NCBI GenBank assembly: GCA_951406725.2
Contig: OX597819.1
Span: 38,564,001-38,628,000, forward strand
Length of the DNA stretch: 64,000 nt
Source: Octopus vulgaris
Lineage: Eukaryota
Direction of reading: 5' to 3'
Shown here: one piece after another, positions 54,135 to 64,000 of the stretch
Layout: the number at the start of each line of letters is the position of its first letter
Numbering within the stretch: the first letter of the stretch is position 1
Position numbers and translations under genes: made by a program
Notes under the pieces: model-generated
Told to the model about the DNA's origin: nothing
Seen by the model: the letters and a program-made list of their open reading frames with translations, nothing else
Database searches by the model: none

Positions 54135-55170
54135 AGTGGTAAGCTGGCAGAATTGTTAGTACGTCACACAAAATGTTTAGTGGCTTTTCTTCCAGTTTTA
54201 TGTTCTGAGATCAAATTCTGCTGAGGTTGACTTTGTCTTTCATCCTCTTGGATAAAATAAATACCAGTTGAGCACTGTGGTTGATGTAATTGACTTGTCC
54301 CCTTCTTCTGAACTTACTGGTCTTGTGCCAAAATTTGAAAGCGGTATTTTATACTGTTTTATTTTCTCTGGCAGGGGTTATTTCTTTATAGTAGATGTTC
54401 TTCCTATCACTAACCAACATCATCATTATTATGAAAAGACGGTGAGCTGACAAAATCATTTGCTTCAACTTACCTGCCCTTAAAATTACAGCTCTTGACC
54501 CAAAATTTGAAATCACTATTTTAAGGCAGTGAGCTGGCAGAATTGTTAGCATACTGGACAAAATACTTAGTATATTTTCTAGCCCTTCATTCTCTGTGTT
54601 CAAATTCTGCCAAGGTTAAATTTTATTTCATCATTTTGGGGTTAAAAAAATAAGCACCAACTGAACACTAGGGTTGATGTAATCAACTATTCCCCAACTC
54701 CACTGAAATTGCTGGCCTTGTGCCAAAATTTGAAATAATTACTACTACTACTACTACTACTACAAAAAAGGATGCAAGCTAGCAGATACATTAGCATGCC
54801 AGGTGAAATGCTTAGCTGTATTTCGTCTATTGTTACGTTCTGAGTTCAAATTCCACCAAGGTTGACTTTGCCTGTCATCCTTTCGGGGTCGATTAAATAA
54901 GTACTAGTTATGCACTGGGGTCGATATAATCGACTTAATCCGTTTGTCTGTCCTTGTTTGTCCTCTCTTTGTTTAGCCCCTTGTGGGTAGTAAAGAAATA
55001 AGTATTTTTTCCGTCTTAAAATTATGAGTTCAAATTCCACCAAAGTTGACTTTGTCTTTCATCCTCTCAGGGTTGATAAAATAAGTAACAGTTGGGCACT
55101 GGTGTAGATGTAATTGACTATCCCCCTTCCCCAAAATTGCTGGCCTTGTGCCAAAATTTGAAATCATCAT
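54135..55170 (+). mobile_element. Tandem cluster of about 5 SINE-A copies, + orientation
   Basis: Repeated gagctggcagaattgttag...gccttgtgccaaaatttgaaa units separated by att/act runs. Confidence 0.9.
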
Positions 55171-55371
55171 TATTATTATGAAAGAGTAGTGTAGCAGCAG
55201 AAATAAATTAATATCATCCTAAAAGCTTTATGGGATTTAGCTATAAGCTTTACATTGTGAGTTGAGATCTTGCTGAAGTGAAATAAATGCAAAACATATC
55301 TTCTTAACGTAGAATTCACATTTCTATATACAATTTATTGATTATAAAAAAATTTAAAAAACACAGCAGCG

Positions 55372-55414
<43 letters not shown>

Positions 55415-55439
55415 CACACAGACATACATACATACATAC

Positions 55440-55475
<36 letters not shown>

Positions 55476-55605
55476 TACATACATATATACGTATGTGCAT
55501 ATATTATATTATATTATATACATATAATTAGATATATATTGAGAAAGAGGAAGAGAAAGAGATGTGTCTTTTCATTCATATCTGATAAATTGAGTACATG
55601 CACAT

Positions 55606-55659
<54 letters not shown>

Positions 55660-55777
55660 ACACACACTTGAACATATATATCTATTTTGTATATATTGTA
55701 CATAAAAAATATCCCACAGTAAAATGTGCAAATTTTTTAACTCTCTTACACCCACTAAAATCCAACAGCCTGCTACG

Positions 55778-55853
<76 letters not shown>

Positions 55854-56188
55854 TATACACAAATTGATGCTATATTCTTCCAGACACATTATCAGTAAAA
55901 CATGACTGAATGAATAGCTATTTGAGGAAATATACATGTGCAAGTGTGCTCGCACACTTGCACATTTCATGTGGAGGCATACACACACACACATGTATGT
56001 GTGGGTGTATATATACATATATGTATACATATATGTGTGTGTGTGTGTGTACATATGTATCTATATATACACACACATATATATGTATTTATATATATAT
56101 ATACATATGTGTGTGTCTATGTGTGTGTGTATATTTATATATATATACACACACACACACATATATATACACATATATATATAAATGG

Positions 56189-56262
<74 letters not shown>

Positions 56263-57735
56263 AATCATCTATGTTGTGCATGCCTGATCAAACTCATAAC
56301 TGTCAGGTTGTCTTTTTTATAGATACAAATAACTTAACATTATACTGGTTTGAAGGAAACCAAACTTTCAGCCATGCTTGTGACTATTTTCAGAAGGAGT
56401 GTATATATGTCCGTGTGTATGTATGAGTGTGAAGGAGAGAGAGAGAGAGAGAGAGTGGAGGGACAGTTAGGTAGAGGAAATAAAGAGAATCTGTTTAGTA
56501 TTTATAGTGAGCGATGAGCAGTCTACAGTATGAAGCAAATGGCCATCACATTTGTCTGGGTTAAGTTGGTATCAAAGAAAAATGAGAATTTGATATGTAA
56601 AATTGTGGTCTGATGCTGGCTACAGAAGCATATTTAGTAGGAAGATGTTAGACAGATTAAATAAAGGTAATAAAGCAATTCCTAAAATATTACTTTTAAA
56701 AGTAGATGCTGCATAGTTAAGAAGTTTGCTTCTTAAGCCCACTGCATAGCATATTGGGCAAGTGACTTTCTCCATTGCTGTGGGTAAACCTAAGTTTGTG
56801 GGTGAGACCGAGTTGATGTAAACTGCGTAGAAGCCTGTTAGATGAACTGTACTTGTAATTCAAAGGTACATAGTTGTCATGCACTGTATCATACTGATTC
56901 TGCCTGAGAATTATGCGAAAGATACAAGTGTCTGTGGAAAGCTCAGTCACTTGCATGCTGATTCAATGAACAAATAATTCAGTAGACAAATGAACAGAAT
57001 CCTCCTCATTGAAAGCAATGAAGATTCATTTACTTACTAGTCAGTGTAGGAAGGGGCACAATCATAAATCTTTCCAGAACCTTTGTGACAGCTGGAGGAT
57101 TGGGGTTAGTTATCCTCAGACACACACACACAATCATTTGCAGTATCCAATAGAATCAAGGTATTTTAATAAGGACACCAAATTATTTAAATTTTGGTTT
57201 ATTTTAATCTATCTAAAGAAAACGTTTGTTTTACATGGTTTAAGTGATTTGTTCATCAATAAAAACATGTTTGAAACAGCTATAGTGAACTTCAGCCTAT
57301 TTATGTCATTATATATGGATATATATATATTTATATCTATCTATATATATATATCATCATCATCATCATCATCATTTAACGTCTGCTTTCCATGCTAGCA
57401 TGGGTTGGACAATTTGAATGAGGGCTGGTGAACCAGCTGGTTGCACCAGGCTCCATATATATATATATATCATCATCATCATCATCATCATCGTTTAGCG
57501 TCCGTTTTCCATGCTAGCATGGGTTGGATGGTTCTACTGGGGTCTGTGAAGCCAGGAGGCTTCTGCCTGGCCCTCGTGCCGGTGGCACATAAAAAGCACC
57601 ATCCGTTCATGGCTGTTTGCCAGCTCTGTCTGGCACCTGTGCGGGTGGCACATAAAAAGCACCCACTACACTCACGGAGTGGTTGGCGTTAGGAAGGGCA
57701 TCCAGCCGTAGAAACACTGCCAGATTTGACTGGGC

Positions 57736-57785
<50 letters not shown>

Positions 57786-57788
<3 letters not shown>

Positions 57789-59041
57789 GGGTTGGACATG
57801 ATAATGGAAACACCTAGCATCATAGCATCATAATTTTGAAACTGTCAAAGGCTTGTTTCTTTTTATGTTTTTTAACTTATTAGTGTTGTTTAATATGTTT
57901 TATTAAAATTGCTGTTTCTTTTCAGATATCATCAGAAAAAGGTAAATAAAATTCATTAAAATGACAGATCTATTGGACTTTCAAAGAGGTCAAATTGTTG
58001 GTGCTCGTATGGCAGGCGCTAGCATAACAAAAACAGTCGAAATGTTTGGTGTATCAAGAAGTACTGTCTCGAAAGTAATGACAGCCTTTGAGAAAGAGAG
58101 AAAACCTCCTCATCGAAACAAAACTCCAAAAGAAAACCAAAACTTTCAGATATAGACTGTCAGAATCTTACGCGAATTGTTAGAAAGGATCACAAAAGTA
58201 CAGCTCCCAAAATTACTGCAAAGCTTAATGACCACCTTGAGAACCCAGTTTCCAAAAAACTGTTTACCGGCAGCTGCATAAAGCCAGATTTCACGGGAAG
58301 GCTGCAATCAGAATTCCGCTACTTTCAATATCAAATGTTGCAAAGCATTTAGAGTGTAGTAAGAACCTACAGAATTGGTCCCTAGAGTAGTGGAAGAATG
58401 CTATTTTCTCGGACGAGTCATCCTTTACCTTATTTCTGACCACCGGCTGAGTATACATGTGGAAACAGCCAGAAGATGCATATGACCCAGACTGCCTTCT
58501 TCCAACTATTAAACATGGAGGAGGATCTGTGATGATCTGGGTCACTATATCTTGGAAATCCACTGGCCCAATGGTTTCCTTCATGGCAGAATTAATAGTC
58601 AAGACTATTTAAGCATTTTATCTGATCAAATTCATCCTATGGTTGTGGAACTGTTACTGGAGGGAAACACAATCTTTCAGGATAATAATGCACCAATTCA
58701 CACAGCTAAGGTTGTTACTGAATGGCAAGAGCAACATTCTAGTGAAGTTGGACATCTTATCTGGCCACCACAGTTCCCAGATCTCAATATTATTGAACAT
58801 TTATGGAGCATTTTAGAAAAACAAGTATGGAGTCAATATCCTCCACCATCATCACTACAAGAACTGGAGACTGTTTTAGCTGAAAAATGGACAAAAATTC
58901 CTTTGGAAACAATTCAAACTCTGTACGAGTCCATACTTTGTAGAATTCAAGCTGTAATTACTGTCAAAGGCAGTCCTACCCCATATTAAAATAAATTTGT
59001 TTGAAATTTTAAAGTGTTTCCATTATTTTTTCCAACCCCTG
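57786..59041 (+). mobile_element. Full-length (1256 bp) Tc1-superfamily transposon, probably DD36E type
   Basis: TA TSD. 28-bp TIRs caggggttggacatgataatggaaacac / gtgtttccattattttttccaacccctg. Confidence 0.96.
57961..58989 (+). pseudogene. Tc1-like transposase with frameshifts and stops
   Basis: MTDLLDFQRGQIVGARMAGASITKT (paired-like HTH), FSDES, KHGGGSVMIW, IFQDNNAPIH and WPPQFPDLNIIEHLW. Confidence 0.95.
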
Positions 59042-59112
59042 TATGTATATTACAGAGATGTACTTGCATAGCAAGTGACCTGATCTGAAATTGTGTTCTG
59101 AAACAAAAACAG

Positions 59113-59214
59113 TTGCAGCGTGGAAGGTGTTTATAAGCCATTTAAAAATGTTGAAGTAAATCTAATGGTTTTGTGTGTTTTTAAATGACTTATAAACACC
59201 TTCCATGCTGCAAT
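59113..59214. repeat. Local inverted repeat, about 36-bp arms
   Basis: ttgcagcgtggaaggtgtttataagccatttaaaaa / tttttaaatgacttataaacaccttccatgctgcaa. Confidence 0.92.
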
Positions 59215-60149
59215 TATTTATATATATATACACAGACATACAGAGACACAGACATACACACACATACATACTTCACTTATTATGTTACAAATACTTATTT
59301 TACATGAACTAGAATAATACAGAAGCAAAACAGATCGGTGGATATAGTACATGATATGACTATCATGTTGGAAATTTGTTGTTGAGATCCACTTCAATTG
59401 TTTTATTGTCTATTTGGGTCATACACTAAATTTTAGATATCTTAGTTAAGTAGGCTGACAAGTGAAAGTATCAGATTATCCAAGAATATTATCAGAAATA
59501 TACTGGTGTCTGATTTTGTAAGAGAATTATCTCTAATCTGCTTAATGCCCAAGAGTCAGTGTTCAGTATTGACAATAGGTGCAGGAATGGCTACATAACT
59601 AAAAAGTTCACTTCGTAGCCATACAATTATGGTTTCAGTCTCACTGTGTGACACCTTAGGGAAATGTCTGCTGCTATAGCCTCAGACCACCAATGCTTTA
59701 TGGCATATGGAAATTGTACAAAGGCCACCATATGTGTGTGCTTATGCAGCTGTGCATGTGTGTGTGTGTGCGTGCATGCATGTACCTGTTTGTCTGTGAA
59801 TATATGTATGCAAGTGAATGTTTACATTCAGTGATGAGCTAAACATTTCCTGGTAAACCAATCATCTGGAAACTTTGGGCTTTTGAAGATGTGTAGAAAA
59901 GAAACTCCCTTACTTGGAAATAGGTAAGGGTTAGTGACAGGAAGGGCATCTAACTGTAAAACAACACCTCAGTATTTGTCTAACCAATGCTAGCAAGGGA
60001 AAATATGCAAATGAACCAATTTAAACTCCTTTGTTGACTCTTTTTGGTATTTATATATATATGCAAAATTGATTACCTCACATACTGAATATGGAATTAT
60101 AGAATAACAAATCAGAATTTTAACCTTAAAACACTATCTTTATAGTAAT

Positions 60150-60600
60150 GGTTTCAAATTTTGGCACATCACCAGCAATTTTAGGAGATGGGGTAAGTTG
60201 ATTTCATTGAACCCCAGGGTTTAGCCAGTGCTTATTTTAATGACACTGAAAGTGTTCTTTTCTATTCTAGGCACAAGGCCCCAAATCTTGGGAGGTGGGG
60301 GCAGTCAATTAGCGCAATGCTAGTAAACAACTGGTAATTAAGTTATCAACCCCGAAAGGATGAAAGGCAAAGTTGACCTCAACAGAATTTGAACTCAGAA
60401 TGTAAAGACAGACGAAATACTGATAAGCAATTCACCCGGTGTGCTAAGGTTTCTGCCAGCTTGCCCCCTAAATGACTTTGAAAGTATGAAAGGATAAAGG
60501 GTAACCTTGGTGGAATTTGAACTCAGAGCATAAAGAGCAAGAAGAAACACTACTAAGCATTTTGTCCAACATGCTAAGAATTTTGTCAGCTGACTGACTT
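60150..60600 (-). mobile_element. Nested SINE-A copies (one inserted inside another)
   Basis: An outer copy is split around an inner copy at about 60255-60468. aatgac...gaaagt occurs on both sides (TSD-like). Confidence 0.8.
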
Positions 60601-60637
60601 ATTTTGTAGTAATAAAAATATTTATTAATAATAAATG

Positions 60638-60883
60638 CACCCTTTTAAAGCCTAGCCAGGCTCATGGGCCCGTTTTCCTGGTTTCAATGGTGTATGTGTT
60701 CCCCAGCTGGACGGGACGCCAGTCCATCGAAGCATTACTCATTTTTGCCAGCTGAGTGGACTGGAGCAACATGAAATGAAGTGTTTTGCTCAAGAACACA
60801 ACGCGTCACCCAGACCAGAAATCGAAACCACAACCTTATGATTGTGATGCTGACATCCTAACCACTAAGCCACGTGCCTCCAC
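60638..60883 (-). mobile_element. SINE-D variant: similar head, same tail, different central domain
   Basis: The tail cccttttaaagcctagccaggctcatggg is shared with 5878/40201. The middle catttttgccagctgagtggactggagcaacatgaaatgaagtgttttgctcaag differs. Confidence 0.8.
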
Positions 60884-62029
60884 AAAAATATTTATAGAAG
60901 CATTATATTCTTCCAGAATCAGAATCTGATAATAAATAGAAGGGACAAGCAATAACCAAAGCACGAGGAATTATTGAGTATTTTGTCAAAAAAGATCATT
61001 GAAGGGTCAGAGTCTAAAGGACATACAGCAATGCTTTGAATTGATTAAAGAGCAAGCAATATCAATTTGTTAATGAAATACATTAATTTTGAATAAATAA
61101 ATTGCAAAAATAATATATAAAAAGAATCACTCGCAGTAAATCATAAACCAATACCAAAATTTACAACTCCTTGCTTTTAACTAAATCTTCTCCTCTTAAT
61201 CAAGGCAAATACATCTTTTATTATTTTTTCAGATTTAAAAAAAAAAAGTGGTTTGTTCTAGAAGAAGGGGTGTAAGGATGTTGCTACATCATGGGTGACA
61301 AGAAAAGGGGAAATAATTTAGTAGGGTGACTGGGTGGGGGAGGTGCAAGACTAACAAACTCTGCTTTCTCCAGCAAGTGCAATATATTATATGGTTAGGT
61401 GCATATAAGGGTAGATGTCAGGATGGTTAGATGCTGACATGGCTATGTAATTAAGACGTTTGTATCCCTACTACATGACTCTCTATGCACCTAGCCATAT
61501 ATACTGCATCACTCCATTGTGTGTCCCTTTCCTTTGGCAAATACATCTAGGAAGGGTCGAATTACACATGGAGTATTCACATGTAGCTGAAACATATAAC
61601 ACAAGCATGAAATATTTTTTCCTGCCTGTTTTGAATTTAATTAGTGTACAGAAACCAAGATACATTACGATAATACATGCTATCAATTCTGTTCAACTGA
61701 TTTAATCAATGCAATATTTCTAATGAAATATACTGCCCAGGCTTTTCAATTAATTTTGGAAATAATCAATAATTTAAAAAGATTCAGCAAAATGAAGTTT
61801 TCCATTATAAAAATATCTGTGGAACATACCATAACAAAAGTTCTTAGATAAAGTTATTTTAGAAGGTTTCTGTTTAAATATAAACACTTTACAAAAAAAT
61901 TTGTATCCAAGAACCAAAGACTGTTCCAGATGGAATGTTACTAAAAGGATTAAACTCTACTTTACAAACACAGAAATTTGTGTTATACATTTCTTTATTC
62001 TACTTTCGTTGTTGTTGTCATCATTGTTG

Positions 62030-63192
62030 TTTAATGTCCGCTTTCCATGCTGGCATGGGTTGGACGGTTTGACTGAGAACTGGCAAGCTGGGAGGCTGCA
62101 CCAGGCTCCAATCTGATTTGGTAAGGTTTCTACAGCTGGATGCCCTTCCTAATGCCAACCACTCCAAGAGTGTAGTAGGTACTTTTATGTGCAACTGGCA
62201 TGGGAGCCAGTCAGACAGCACTGGCATCAGCCACACCCAAATTATGTGCCACTGGCACAGGTGCCAGTGGGGCAGCACTGGCATCAGTCACGCTTGAATG
62301 GTGCTTTTTACATGCCAAAGATACTCAAGACAAGTCTGCAAAATTTTGTATCTACCAAATCCTAAAAAAACTCTGAAATTATGATAACAGGTTATGACAA
62401 TAAGTGTTCCAATTGGTCTCAACAGAACAGCCTACTTGTGAAATTAATATGCAAGTGGCTGAGCACTTCACAGACACACATGCCCTTAACGTAGTTCTCA
62501 GGGAAATTCAATGTGACACAGAAGGTGAAAAGGATGACTCTTTGTACTACAAGTACAACTCATTTTTGCCAGCTGAGTAGACTAGTGCAATGTGAAATAA
62601 AGTGTCTTACTCAAGGACAGAACATACCACTGGGAATTGAACTCATGACCTTATCATTGTGAACCGAATATCCCAACCATTAAGCTACCTGTCTTTACAA
62701 ATGTAAACTGGCACTCTGTCAGTTATGACAATGAGCGTTCCAGATGATCTGAGGTAGATACCCTAACCATTAAGCCATGCACTTTCATAGGTGTATATAA
62801 CTGAGGTGTTGCTCGGGTATTAATTCACACTTTCCTTTCTACACACGTTCCACATTCATTCTGAGTCAGCAATAAGCATTTTCATAGTGACTCAACTATC
62901 ATTGTTCAATGTTTTCCACTCAATGTTTATTCTGCCGCCCCGACTGGCCTCCGTGCCGGTGGCACGTAAAAAGCTCCATCCGATCGTCGCCATTTGCCAG
63001 CCTCATCTGGCACGTAAAAAGCACCCACTACACTCACGGAGTGGTTGGCGTTAGGAAGTGTATCCAGCTGTAGAAACATTGCCAGATCAGACTGAGCCTG
63101 GTGCAGCCTCCTGGCTTCCCAGACCCCAGTCAAACTGGCCAACCCATGCTAGCACAGAAAACGGACGTCAAACGATGATGATGATGATGATG
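62030..63192. mobile_element. Two SINE-B copies in inverted orientation (62030-62320 minus; 62940-63192 plus) around other SINE remnants
   Basis: Family similarity. Confidence 0.8.
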
Positions 63193-63609
63193 AAAACCAG
63201 AATCTAAAGAAATTACTGATGATCTCTGTTGGCTTTTTATCTTTGTGATACATCTGAAGACATTATCAGTGATGTCTTTTTGGGGTCTGGTGTTTGAGAG
63301 GTCTTTCCACAATCAAACATCTTCACCCAGGTTGATTCAGCCATCTCAATGGGATCACGTTTTGCTCACCCTTCATTGTTTCAGTAAGAGCAAAGAATTA
63401 AAGATTTTGGGCCCTTTGAGAGTAAGGAAGAAAGAGTGAAAGCATGTGATAGACAGATAGAGTAAGTAAGTGATGTGCTTTTACTAACACGCAGCCAAAG
63501 TAATAATACCACTTATTCTATCATCCTCTCTCTTAGCAGAAATACATGGGCCCCAAATATTACATTCTTCACTCTTTATGCTAATTAAATATATTGAAAT
63601 CTACAACAT

Positions 63610-63975
63610 AGCTGCATGGTTAAAAAGCTCACTTTACAACCATGTGACTTCAGGTTCAGTCCCATAGCATGGCACCTTGGGCAAGTGTCTTCTACTCTAG
63701 TCCTGAGCCACCCAATGTCTTGTGAGTTAATTTGGTAGGCAGAAACCGTGTGGAAGCCTGTCATATATGTGTGTGTGTGTATCGTTAGCACATTGGGTGA
63801 AATGCTTAGCAGTATTTCGTCTGTCTATGTTTTGGTTTCAAATTCTGCCAAGGTCATCTTTGCCTTTCATTCTTTTGAGGTTGATAAATTAAATACCAGT
63901 TGTGTACTGGGGTTGATCTAATTGGCTGGCCCCCTTTCACCAAATTTCAGGCCTTGTGCCTATAGCAGAAAGGAT
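63610..63975 (+). mobile_element. SINE-C 5' half followed by SINE-A
   Basis: ggttcagtcccatagcatggcaccttgggcaagtgtc; tcgttagcac...gccttgtgcc. Confidence 0.85.
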
Positions 63976-64000
63976 TATATATATATATGTGTGTGTGTGT

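Overview
AT-rich eukaryotic genomic DNA saturated with (TA)n/(TG)n/(CAT)n/(AAT)n microsatellites and tRNA-derived SINEs. The repeat complement resembles what I know from Octopus genomes (inference, no database search run). The only host coding sequence I can support is the last two exons (39856-39928, 36961-37278, minus strand) of an SLC22-like MFS organic-ion transporter. No upstream exon was found, so 39.9-64 kb is probably one long intron. Two repeat-poor, ORF-free tracts (1-4.9 kb and about 15.5-20.6 kb) look like convergent long 3' UTRs. Mobile DNA includes hAT, piggyBac, mariner and a probable DD36E Tc1-like element, a Helitron tandem trimer, CR1, RTE, Penelope-like and R4/Dong-like LINE fragments, and at least four SINE families (labelled A-D here). 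Most notable: (i) a TATA/E-box segment bounded by inverted repeats, whose second copy records the opposite orientation; (ii) a nested multi-element transposon stack at 8.0-11.7 kb; (iii) a head-to-tail array of about 20 SINEs plus a palindromic minisatellite just downstream of the SLC22 stop codon; (iv) many local fold-back duplications, some with hammerhead-ribozyme-like cores. Nearly all ORFs in the supplied track are microsatellite or SINE artefacts. Repeat boundaries are approximate unless a TSD or TIR is quoted.
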